In this document: piece after piece, positions 1 through 10,500 of the stretch
Layout: each line of letters begins with the position of its first letter
Numbering within the stretch: position 1 is the stretch's first letter
IMG/VR virus record: IMGVR_UViG_3300042555_002918
Span: 64,001 to 128,000 of that record
DNA from: a virus
Reading direction: 5' to 3' (one strand)
DNA: 64,000 bases
Position numbers and translations under genes: made by a program
The notes under the pieces: model-generated
Seen by the model: only the letters and a program-made list of their open reading frames with translations
Told to the model about the DNA's origin: nothing
The model's database searches: none

Positions 1-42
1 GAATCTTTCCCTTTGCTTTGGACCTGTCCAGTTTGCAAAGCC

Positions 43-77
43 AGTATGGCAGGTTATTTATAAGCCTGCGCATTACT
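43..77 (-). promoter_or_regulatory. Degenerate GGTAATG-class promoter with a nested late promoter, pointing off the window edge
   Basis: - strand AGTAATGCGCAGG-N16-CATACT; TATAAATA (55-62) lies inside the spacer. Confidence 0.55.
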
Positions 78-126
78 TTTCTATCGAGAACCACTGCGGG
101 CAAGAGAAGCCCCGGAAGTAAGAATT

Positions 127-161
127 AAAAGGGAGTGCGCCCTTATGAGACGCACCCCCTT
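127..161 (-). terminator. Intrinsic terminator
   Basis: - strand GGGGGTGCG...CGCACTCCC hairpin followed by TTTT. Confidence 0.6.
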
Positions 162-228
162 CGTGTCAAAGTACAGCTTGTGGCAGTACCAATCCTTAAG
201 ATGTGAAGTTTTGTTTACTTGGTATAAG

Positions 229-432
229 TCACCCTAATTTTTTCTTGTCGTTACTTTCAGATGGAGCCATAACTGAAACTACCGTTCCTGAAATTTGGTT
301 TATTCGCAAGGCTCGTAAATGGTAATGGTGGCGAGTGTCGGAGCTGTGCAGTGGAAGCTCTACGCTGTCAACGCATGATGGGTAAGTGTAACCCGATTCT
401 AAATGCCTATCGCGAACGAAAGAATTGGTCAT
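229..432 (-). CDS. Small hypothetical protein (67 aa)
   Basis: Preceded by CATAAATA (466-473) and GGAG, followed by a terminator; no recognisable domain. Confidence 0.4.
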   Translation of the reverse strand: MTNSFVRDRHLESGYTYPSCVDSVELPLHSSDTRHHYHLRALRINQISGTVVSVMAPSESNDKKKLG

Positions 433-513
433 GTCGTGGTTCTCCAGACTTAACCGTACATTGGTTATTTATGAAATGTCGAAGAGGTTATCTCGGGAAT
501 ATTTCTTCCTCCC

Positions 514-521
514 TATAAATA
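514..521 (+). promoter_or_regulatory. T4-type late promoter
   Basis: Perfect TATAAATA upstream of the PQ-loop gene. Confidence 0.75.
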
Positions 522-561
522 ACCTTTGCCTGTATACGCTTTTTAATAGGGAGAGGTCCGA

Positions 562-864
562 ATGTTGTTATTGGAAGCCCTTGGATTTGTAGCCTCAACG
601 TGCCTTATCTTTAGCTCGGTACCACAGGCGATTCACACCCTTCGAACAAAAAACGTTACGGGGCTATCATTAGGCACCCTTCTCCTATGGTTTTTTGGTG
701 TGATTATGATGGGCATTTACGTGGCGATTAAATCCCCACACATTCCACTCCTTATCAATTACAGCTTTAATACCGTTATTGTCGGTATCAATCTCATTCT
801 CTACGCCAAGTACAGCCGAAAACCGGTCAAGGTCAGAGTTAGGACACGCTCAAAGCGCGGCTAG
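562..864 (+). CDS. PQ-loop/SemiSWEET-family membrane protein
   Basis: Three hydrophobic helices, SVPQ motif, K-x-V-x-G-L-S; RBS GGAGAGG. Confidence 0.8.
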   Translation: MLLLEALGFVASTCLIFSSVPQAIHTLRTKNVTGLSLGTLLLWFFGVIMMGIYVAIKSPHIPLLINYSFNTVIVGINLILYAKYSRKPVKVRVRTRSKRG

Positions 865-3422
865 GTCTTAATGATAAAGTTTATGGTTTGAAATGCTGGG
901 TTTGCATCTCCCGTAACACTCGCTCCGCCTTGGTCTGTCAAGTTTGGCGACGGAGGCCCGGAGCTAAACGAAGCATCTCCATTTGACCCAGTAAGGACAT
1001 CACCCAAAGCTCCAGCAAAGTTAGTGACAGGATGGGTGTGTGTTCCTGGGCTTGCTGAGTTGTTGGTGAACGCAGGAATCGTGACGGTGTGGGTGTGAGC
1101 GCTCTCCCCCGTAATGCTTCCGGTGATCGTATGACTGTGAGGACCGTCGGAAGTAAATGTTACGCCTGTTGCATGGGTATGGTCGAGATTGGTCAGTGCA
1201 TTACTAGAGGTTAAATATGTATATCCATTTGTCACAAGGTTGTGGGTATGGATACCATCGTAGTTACCGCCGTATGTGTATCCGACTGGCTCATTAGTGG
1301 TTCCACCGCCTTCTGGCTGGGTCGCAAACCGGTTTGGGTCGGTGCTATCATTGTCATGGTTATGGGTGCTGCCGGAAGAGCCTCTGCGCTCGATCATATG
1401 CCGATGTGCACCTTCGCCTCCAAATGTAGTACCATAATGAAAATGACTGAGGTCTACACTCGGTCCCGAGGAACCAAATGTGCCGGAATGAGCGTGTCGC
1501 CCATCATTTGCGCCAGAGGTATACAAATTGAACGAGTGGGTATGGCTTGAACCCGCACCGGACGTGATAGCACCGTGAGTATGGTCAATTGCAGTGGTGT
1601 GCCCGCCAGAGGACGTAATGTTCAATGTGCTATTGTTTGCCAGTACAGAGTGGTAGTGGGACGGAATAGCATGAACGTGATTGGCAAGACCGTGGGTATG
1701 ATTAGGAGTAGAATGAGTGTGGTCTAATGAACCTCCTCGACCAGCGGTTCCTCCCCACCCTGAGCCAGTGCCTGAGGCCGCTTTTCCTAATGGGAATCGT
1801 CCTCTAAAGTCGGGAACAGAGAAGGTTAATCCACTTCCACCAAAGGCGTATCCAATAGCTGAGAAAAGACCGGGATATTCTGATGTTGAATAGGCTCTAC
1901 CGTCACAAAGAAGGTATCCAGTCGGGGCCTCTGTATTGTTTGCCCACATCTTAATACTTCCAGCCGGGGTGTTCTGTGACACCAGAGCTGCCAAAGCCGT
2001 TACTTGGGCCTGGAGAGCAGAAACATCGATACCATCAACACTCCCAGAAACCGTGATATTTCCAGAAACAGTAACGTCACCAGTAACTTGTGCATTTCCA
2101 CCTACCTTTAAGTTTGATGCCACCTCAGCGGTGTTAGTTGATAACTTTCCTGAAAGGTACCCATCCGAAAACGGATTCGATGTACTTCCAAGACTTACTC
2201 GGGAACTCGCACTTGTATCGACAATAGCGTCGGTCGTGATTTGAACTACCTTCGTGTCATTAACGTTCAGTGAAAGGGATGTGCCGGAAGATTTGATGGT
2301 AGTATTATTGGATGAATCCACCTTCACGACGGACACTGATGAGTTGGGATTGCTTCCACTCTTCCAGTTAAGCCATTGATTGTTCTCAAGCAGGATTTTG
2401 GAACCGTCCACTGCCCCATCTCTAATTTTAGCTCCCGTAACGGCACTATCTTCGATGATAGACTCAGTAACGGCACCATTTTGAAGTTCGCTTGTACCAA
2501 TTGACTTTGGGGCAACACTTCCCAGTTGAGACGGAGATAAGGTCTGGCGGCGAGAGACAGTACTAAACCCGAGGTGACGAACGTAGATATTGGCATCTAC
2601 ATCGGGAGCATCATTGAAGGAGATTGTCTTACCGTCTGCTAAAAGCTCAAAATCACCCAAGAATTGAAGGTCATAATCGGTTCCGTACTTAAGAGTACCG
2701 TCAACCGATACCTCAAGTGCTCGGGCATTGACGGCAGTTTGGCTCAATTCAAAGTCTTTATCTGTTCCTGTCCCGACAAATACATCAATGCGGAAGTTCC
2801 TAAGGTTTTCTGAGAGCTGGTCAGGACCAACTGACTTTTCGCTTGGGACAAAGTTATAGGTTGCCTCGCCGCGATGCATTACGTAGATAACGTCCTCTTC
2901 TTGAGGAACTCTCGTAAACGTAATGACTTTGTTTGTTTGGTCGCCTACGCCACCGATGGTGTAATCGACGATTGGCTCGATAACCTCCCAAGGGCCTACA
3001 TATTTCCTAGTAAGGGTTATTGGCTCGCCCTCGGCCTCATCAACCAACTGATTATCCACGACAAAAGTGATACTTTCGCCGTCATATTGCACCGACTGAA
3101 CGACATGGTTACCGTTATTCTGGCTCTCAGTAGAGCCTTCTACCTTAAGAACGTCACCCGCGCTTACTGTAGAAAGAGCAGCCGCAATTGCAGGGACATC
3201 ACATGTGATGGCGTTGTTGTCCGCATCAAATGAAATAGAAACGCAGGATGTAATGAGAGATTCGAATTTGAACTCTCGACGGATAACCTGCACATTATTC
3301 TCATAACCACCAGGGACTTCCTGCGAAAGCTCGAAACTTGCACTAATCCCGTCCGGGGCGATGTCGTCACGGGTATTAGGATTGTATATGAGAAAGGGCA
3401 ACGCCCCGCGAATATAACTCAT
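861..3422 (-). CDS. Tail fibre with collar domain and HxH metal-binding tip
   Basis: Collar motif PAGSIKMWA...PTGYLLCDG...VPDFRGRFPLG; about 15 HxH motifs; C-terminal NPAFQTINFIIKT. Confidence 0.85.
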   Translation of the reverse strand: MSYIRGALPFLIYNPNTRDDIAPDGISASFELSQEVPGGYENNVQVIRREFKFESLITSCVSISFDADNNAITCDVPAIAAALSTVSAGDVLKVEGSTESQNNGNHVVQSVQYDGESITFVVDNQLVDEAEGEPITLTRKYVGPWEVIEPIVDYTIGGVGDQTNKVITFTRVPQEEDVIYVMHRGEATYNFVPSEKSVGPDQLSENLRNFRIDVFVGTGTDKDFELSQTAVNARALEVSVDGTLKYGTDYDLQFLGDFELLADGKTISFNDAPDVDANIYVRHLGFSTVSRRQTLSPSQLGSVAPKSIGTSELQNGAVTESIIEDSAVTGAKIRDGAVDGSKILLENNQWLNWKSGSNPNSSVSVVKVDSSNNTTIKSSGTSLSLNVNDTKVVQITTDAIVDTSASSRVSLGSTSNPFSDGYLSGKLSTNTAEVASNLKVGGNAQVTGDVTVSGNITVSGSVDGIDVSALQAQVTALAALVSQNTPAGSIKMWANNTEAPTGYLLCDGRAYSTSEYPGLFSAIGYAFGGSGLTFSVPDFRGRFPLGKAASGTGSGWGGTAGRGGSLDHTHSTPNHTHGLANHVHAIPSHYHSVLANNSTLNITSSGGHTTAIDHTHGAITSGAGSSHTHSFNLYTSGANDGRHAHSGTFGSSGPSVDLSHFHYGTTFGGEGAHRHMIERRGSSGSTHNHDNDSTDPNRFATQPEGGGTTNEPVGYTYGGNYDGIHTHNLVTNGYTYLTSSNALTNLDHTHATGVTFTSDGPHSHTITGSITGESAHTHTVTIPAFTNNSASPGTHTHPVTNFAGALGDVLTGSNGDASFSSGPPSPNLTDQGGASVTGDANPAFQTINFIIKT

Positions 3423-3425
3423 AGG

Positions 3426-4121
3426 TTAGATCTGGTTTACGTCTTCTATTAAACTACCGACTAAATCTACCACCTCACCTGGGGTGATACATTTAACTTC
3501 AATTCTGTCGCCTGGCCCTACTACGATTTTAGCGTTATCGATAAGTCGGATAGCATCTGCAAATGGGACCTGAGCACCTTCAAGGATGGACACATATGCC
3601 CCCTCACTCGCGCTAAACAAACGGACCGATATCTGAACTCCACTCTCCGATTTGTTAGCGGCGTTTATCTGGAGGAAGAAGCTCGTCTTGTCGGCTGGAG
3701 CTGTGTAGAGAGTCGTCCAATCGTTCCCAACATCCGGAATTATAGCGTTCTTATAGGTACCAAGAGCTGCTACTCCTGTGTCATCATTGATGTCTTCAAT
3801 CAGAGAAGCGATAAAGTCGATCGTTTCACCTGTAGTGCCACACAAAACTTCAATGCGATCTCCGTTTTCAAGAACAATCTTTGATTGGTCAATAAGTCGA
3901 ATGGCATCTCCACGGGGAATTGGGGCTCCCTTGATAAGGTAAGAGTAGGTATTTTGAGATGCGTCGTAGATACGAGCGGTACCGACTACATCAGTAGTCC
4001 CTATAACAGAGCCGTTCAGCTGAAGTAAAAGGCTGGCTTGGCCGATTGGGGCAGCGCAAAGAGTCTGGAACGTCTGTCCGACAGTAGCCTTTACCGCATT
4101 TTTGAAAAGCGAATTACCCAT
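3426..4121 (-). CDS. Putative virion structural protein with two tandem beta-sandwich-like repeats
   Basis: Internal duplication (DAIRLIDQSKIVLENGDRIEV / DAIRLIDNAKIVVGPGDRIEV); tail operon context. Confidence 0.65.
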   Translation of the reverse strand: MGNSLFKNAVKATVGQTFQTLCAAPIGQASLLLQLNGSVIGTTDVVGTARIYDASQNTYSYLIKGAPIPRGDAIRLIDQSKIVLENGDRIEVLCGTTGETIDFIASLIEDINDDTGVAALGTYKNAIIPDVGNDWTTLYTAPADKTSFFLQINAANKSESGVQISVRLFSASEGAYVSILEGAQVPFADAIRLIDNAKIVVGPGDRIEVKCITPGEVVDLVGSLIEDVNQI

Positions 4122-4126
4122 GTGGC

Positions 4127-4330
4127 TTAGCTCATAGCAAGTGCATACGTTAAAGCGGCTCGTTTTACCTTGCCCACGGTGACTCGAAGCTCGTTGATAG
4201 CGTCAACCAGGTTGTCTTGAGTGGTTGTCTGAAGAGTTGCAAGGTCTCCTTCCAGCTGAGCAATCTGATTGATCGTGTCGACCTGTGTAGCGATTGTAAA
4301 AGAGTTAATGTCAACTTGTGGGATACTCAT
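4127..4330 (-). CDS. Small tail-associated protein
   Basis: GDLATLQTTTQDNLVDAINE motif typical of phage fibre-associated proteins; coupled to neighbours. Confidence 0.55.
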   Translation of the reverse strand: MSIPQVDINSFTIATQVDTINQIAQLEGDLATLQTTTQDNLVDAINELRVTVGKVKRAALTYALAMS

Positions 4331-4554
4331 TACTTGCTCCGTAGGATCGACAAAAGTTCACTAATACCGGCCTGAACATCTGCCATTTGCTGTTCTAGTC
4401 TATTTATTCGAGCTTCCTGAGTTACTTCACGGAGCTTCTTATCTCGCTCAACTTTATATCGAGCATAGGCAACATCATCGGCAAAAATGCCGCCCGACGC
4501 GGGGTCTCTATAGAGGCCATTTTCACCCTCAACTTTGATTCCCTTGCTATTCAT
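4330..4554 (-). CDS. Conserved T4-like hypothetical protein (coiled coil)
   Basis: KVEGENGLYRDPASG N-terminus; directly downstream of the VrlC-like gene. Confidence 0.6.
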   Translation of the reverse strand: MNSKGIKVEGENGLYRDPASGGIFADDVAYARYKVERDKKLREVTQEARINRLEQQMADVQAGISELLSILRSK

Positions 4555-7500
4555 CGAGTGCTATTACCTTCAAATTAGATATGCGTGGTGGTTTAGCTGA
4601 GTTGCCTCCCTTACCAACAAGCTTCACTACTACTCCAGTAAACGGAGGTAGGTTATTTACAGTGGCTGAATACTCAGACACCTGGTCATCAAGCGCGTTG
4701 GGGGCCGGATATGCCGCAACAAGGTCTCCACCTTGCTCTAAGTTAAACTCAGCTTTGGTCCAGTTCACGTCGTCGACCGACACCTGCGAATCAGTTCTGG
4801 CGACCTTGTAGTACACCTCGATCTCATTAGAGACGTGGCGATTAGCGTCAAAGCTTATCTTAAGCGCAGTGGATTGGCGGGCTAGCGTCAGCTGCTTGGT
4901 CACATACTTAAACGCTGCAGAGCCACCCTGCGGAGCAATCTCGTCAACAAAATTGTCCTTTTGGGTGATAGTAACGGCATTTGCATCAAGTGAACTTGAC
5001 CCACTAAATGTGGTATCAAGAACCACACTGATAAGTGGAGTCTGTCCAGGCTTGTACGATACCTCAAGAACCCGCACGTCAGTGCAGTTTCGAGACGATA
5101 CGGCTGCCCCGGAAATGCTGACCAGCTTACCGACGTCCAGCTTGGACAAATGCTGAGCGATAGATGCATTGTTTGTATAGAAGCGCCCCTTATTGATCCC
5201 TTCGCTATCAGAGTAGAAGAAAATGAGGTTTTGAGTACTACTTACGGCTGGACTCTCGGTCGTGGGAACTACCTGAAGAAGGTCCAGAGATGTATTCATG
5301 CTCAACTGACCAGTTCCTGCTGGGCTGTTGATACGATTTGAAATAGCAATTGCAGACAACCTGTCCGCATCAAGAACAGGTGAAAGGTTACTATTGTTTG
5401 ACCTTAAAACCGCCTTAACTCTAAAGCTCTTTCTGTCCCCAAGCCCGTTTGATGTCACCTTTGAAGGACCGACCACCGAATCAGTCGAGTTATGCTCGTT
5501 AATTTTCGATGAAATGGTCATCGGGTTAGTAAAATCAATCGTAGTATTGGCCGGAACATCCCTAAAGGAATTAACCACAAACGGAGCGGCCTTTGGGTTT
5601 GGATCTGGGAATGATACGTTGCCGCCATTCGTCGAGCTGTAGGTCCAGTACAGATCAGTATCCGGGAACTCCAATTGATTAAGATTAAGGAACATGGAAT
5701 CCATTGAAACTTGGTCAGATGCTTCAGCCGTAGTACCTCCAGTTCTTCCTGATTTAGTGGCAGTCCCGGAGCCCGAAACATCAATTACATAGCTATCAAG
5801 CTCAATTGACTCTATCGGCCATCCTTCGCTTCGCGTAAGGAGGTTTAAATCAATCCCATTCCCAGTAGTAATGTTACGCAGTACTACCCTTGGTGCAGGA
5901 GAGGCAAAAGCCGGGTGTCCGTGGTTTTTGTGAAGGACTTTAATTTTGGTAGAGCCTTCTTTTGTGACTATTGGATCCGATACCAGAGACACAAAAGGTA
6001 ATTCGGCATTTACGTATTCAATAGTACCAGTTGTGTTGGTTGTGAAGGATGCCTTGTGGAGAGCAAACTTCATATCAATCAACTGGTCAGCGTTCCACGT
6101 AGTGCCGTTAGAGCTCTTGAAGAACACTCCATTCAAGAAGTTATCCTTGAGGATAGGCTTATTGGTACCAATGATGGTGTTGATATCTTTCCCGAAGACC
6201 GGTTGATCTTCCTTGGGGGTAACTGTGATAGGCCCGGCTTGCGATATCCAAACGTGATACTTAATTGAGTCGGCAAGAAGCACAATTGCGTAATCGTTGT
6301 TTTCTTGGAGGAAAATTGGAGACTCAAAAACGAACCGAGTCGGAATCATGTCATTAGGGACGTCTTGAATATCAATAGCACTTCCGTTAGGAATTGCTCG
6401 ACCGCTCTTATTTCCAACTCTCTGAATCTGGACAGGGTTGGATGTAGAGCCGTTCCATGGACCAACGGTATATCCAGCCACAGTTCCATTTCCGGTTACG
6501 GTCATTTTGCCGTTTTTAAGATCAACGGTATTTGTAATGACGTCATTTGCAGGCTTCACTACCTCGCCAAATGGGAGAATGAGGTTAGTAGGATAACCAT
6601 CATTTGAAAGAGGTCGAACCTGAAGCTTGACGGGCACTTTGGTGTCTTTGGAGAAAAAGTACACATCCACGGCAAGAAGGAAACATCCACCCTTTTCAGT
6701 AACGGCAAACGATTGGGCGATTGGGTCTTCTCGCACGACCTTGGTCTTTGTTTGCTCGGTCACGGAGACTTTGACGTCTACATCTGTTACCTCAGTCCTT
6801 TGAACCTCAAATTGTCGAATTGCCAGTTCCGTCTCTTGCACCTGGTCGATCCAGCCAACTGCATAATATTTTGCCTCTCCCTCTGAAGCCGGTTGAGGAT
6901 TTTTTTCATTACTTGCGCTCGTGGTAAGCTTAAATATTCGCTCGCCGGTAAGAAACTTCTTAGCCGGAAGCTCAAAAATAAGGTCGACCGCTCCTGTATC
7001 GTCAGCGCGAATGGGCTGTCCGAGCCCCGCTCCTTTCGGATTACAGTACTGTCCCACTGGCTCGTCATTAAAGAAGGCATAGAGGACGCTCCCCGGCATG
7101 AATCCAAGGGCCTCCACCTTTATAGTGCGAGCACGCATGTAATCAGCTGCGATAGTCTGAACTACCCTCTTACCAAGAGATTGAGTCTTAATACCCTTAT
7201 CGACTACGCTCTCCGAAATTCCCTTTCTGATGGATGTCGTAGTTGTTGTAGTAGTGAACTTTGTCGTTTTAGTTCTGTACCTCGGCCAGTTTTTTGAGTG
7301 AAACGCATCCGGAGTATTGGGTCCGTATTTGACTACATCCGGAAGACGTTTTTTATCAACGTCTTTGTGCGCCCATCCATTTTCCCACTCTCCCCACATC
7401 ACATTATTTGGATTAACACCTGCTTGAGCAGCTTGAAAAGCCGAGTCGTCAGATACGGTGAGTACCGGAAGTGTCTCAGTATCTCGCCATGAATCCGTGG

Positions 7501-10500
7501 AGGGGTCGAGCTTAATTCGGCCTCGAAATGTAAACTTCGCATACGGATTGATGTTTTCTATCTGAGAAGCTAACTCCTGCTCGACAAACTTCTGCGGCGT
7601 GTAAGGAAGAGTGTATAACTTACCGGTGCGAGTATAATTGTCTGCGCTACGTTTCTGACCTCGGGTTACCTCGTTTGTCTCAAGGAGGTTTTTCTCAATA
7701 AGTTCTACATGCTTTTGGCAGACTGAAGGCCTCAGCTCTTCCTTAGTTGCATCGATGGAGCTTCTAAACTCAGCGTTACCCACGTCAGAGACATCAAAGC
7801 TCTTAAAGTTGTCTACCAGGAAACCGTTTTTAAATCGGTCAAGTCCTTGAGCGTCCTGTATTGTAAGCTCCTTTGCTTCCTTTTCAAGGAGGGAAAGCAG
7901 GGTGTAGTACTCAAGATTGGATACTCGGCTCTCAATTTTGCCGATATCCTTCATTGTATAACGACGATTCTCGATCTTACGCCTGAAACACTCATCGGGC
8001 GTTGCTGTGTAAGCTTGAATGTCTAAGTGATAAAGGGACATTGAATCCCCGGGTTCCTCGGGCGAAAGAGGAATGACATCTGGGGTGCCCTTTTGAACCC
8101 GGAAATTTCCAAAGCGATCGAGGTAAAGATTATCAACTCGATTTAAGTAGTGATGGAAGTCAAGTCGAATATTTGACCTTGGTACCTCTATAGTATTCGC
8201 AAAGGTGCCGTCGGAATTAAGACGCGGCCTAAAGTCTACACAGTCTCTAAGCTCATACATTCTGCCGGATGAATCCGTGTAGCTAGGGATCTCCGAGTAA
8301 TTCATCTGAATATCGCTACCCTTAAACGGGTACGAATCAACGGAGAAATATGCCCCTTGAGCACCATGCGTGAAGTAATCAAACTCTACCCTGACTCGAC
8401 CAATTGGTCGTTCTGCTCCTGGCTTGAGGTAGACAGAGCCAATACCGTAGAAGTAATCGGTTTGTCCGTTGTCGAGCAAATACCGTTCAGTAACGTCCTT
8501 GTGTCCTGCGGGAAGAACCTGAAGTGAAGACGGTTCGGTTCCAAAATCAGGAGACATTACTATTCTTGTGACTTTAAAAATATCGGCGACCCCGAGGCTA
8601 ACCTCTCCTAGATCGCTTCGCTGTGCGTCGGAAACGGCCACGGGACCGGAATATTCGCCTAAAATGAAGGTTCCTCTAATGGCCGTCTTGGATTTCTCTT
8701 TTGATGCGTACCCTTGAGTCTTTCTAACGCTTGCAATGATGTAGAATGTATTCCCGGCACTAAGTGGGTTAGCGTAAATTTTAACCTGAGAAGCCGAAAC
8801 CACGTCAACGCCCGCAGTTGAAAACGTGTCGTTGTACGAGTTACCTGATGTCAGACGAATCCAGTCAGTAGTGTTTACGTCTATGACGATGTAATCATTT
8901 GGAGAAAATGCCTCAAACTCTTCGTCCGCTAGAGTGGTTTGGATGGTAACACACCCTGCACCATCGGCTACCGCAGTGAAATGCCGACGCACCGTGAATA
9001 CGGTGTCAATTACGGAATCCGCAATCGAATTATCAGAGTTAGCACTTCTGAGTGTGTATGAGAATGATTCAGGTAACGGAAACAAAAGCCCCTTGGCGTC
9101 CTGCAGGCCATAGAATGGGGCATATGCAAACTCAACCGAGAGGTTACCAGTAAATGTGGGTGTTGTGGTAAGAGTTACAGAAGTATCAGAGCCTACAGCC
9201 TCAACTTGATATATCTGTGAATTAAGGTTTCCAACTCGTATGCAATCATAGGGGGAAAGCTTTTGTGAGGCCTTGTTTACAAATGACGTACCAAAGCCTG
9301 AAATGTCATCCCCAGTCGCCTTTTCTACCGAACCTTCCAGAGTTGTGAACTCCAGCACCATGTCGGCGGAGAATGACAATCCCGTCGTGGACACGATACT
9401 TTTCATTTGGGAAAGGTCAAACCCCGCATCTGCCTTAACGTCAAAGAGATAAAGCTTGTAAACCGCCGATGAATCTCCATGAGTACCTGAGAAGTACTCA
9501 ACGGCAAGGATGCGAGCGGTGCCTATTCGGGCATTAGGGCTGGTATCTGATACTGAGGTCTTCCGAGCGCGGTGAATCTCAACCAACTCGTACTCTTCTA
9601 TTTGGGGAGCTCCGTACATGTTGGTTACAAATACGTATGTCCCGAGATTGGTATTTACCGTTCTGTTATTCTGGAAACGAAGAGTTCTTGCCTTATCAAT
9701 GTCGACGTAGGAAGGTGCGAGCTTTTCAATCTCGTAGCCTTTGACATATGCTTTTCCTGGGTCAATCTGAAGGGTCAGCTTTCCGTCAGTTAACCGAAGG
9801 AACTCAGAGTTTGAAGATGCAGGAAGCCACTTACTTTCAAGCTCAGGGTCAACACATGCAGCCCTAACGCCAAAGAGTTTCTCTGCCGCTGTTTCTGCCT
9901 CCTCTTGAGTATCGAATTGAAATTCTGCCCTAGTGTGAACTCCCCCGTTATCGGAGGTCTTTAGGTACGGGCGAACGACAAGTGGAAAATCCTTTACGGT
10001 ATAATCACCAGACTCGTCGTACGTACGGCGAGCCAGTGTATCTTCGATGACCGAATACTCGGTCTTTGATACCTTTTCCTGAACAATGCCATCAGAAACG
10101 CGAACTAATTCAATGAATTGGCCGTCATTTTGTTCGTTGTAATCCCGTTGTTCAAGATTGGCGGAAATGTGGAGTCTGTCTGCTCCTGGGGCACCAAAAC
10201 TATCAGTTTCAGTTGCATTATCCCCTAACCCTTCATCGCCGACACTCGTAACGATAGCACGAACAACGGAGAGCCCAATTTTCGCAGTAGGAGTATTTGT
10301 CCACGCGCTTTGTACACTAGGAGTTATAGGCTCAATGAACGTCGATTGTTCATCAACGAGAATAAAATCCCCGTTAAAGAAGTAAACGGACTTCTTAATG
10401 AAGACGCCTGATATTCTTCCGACTGCAGTAACATCACTTGATACCACTGCAGAGACCGGAACGTTCTCTACTGTTTGTACCGCTTGACCAGGAAGAAACT

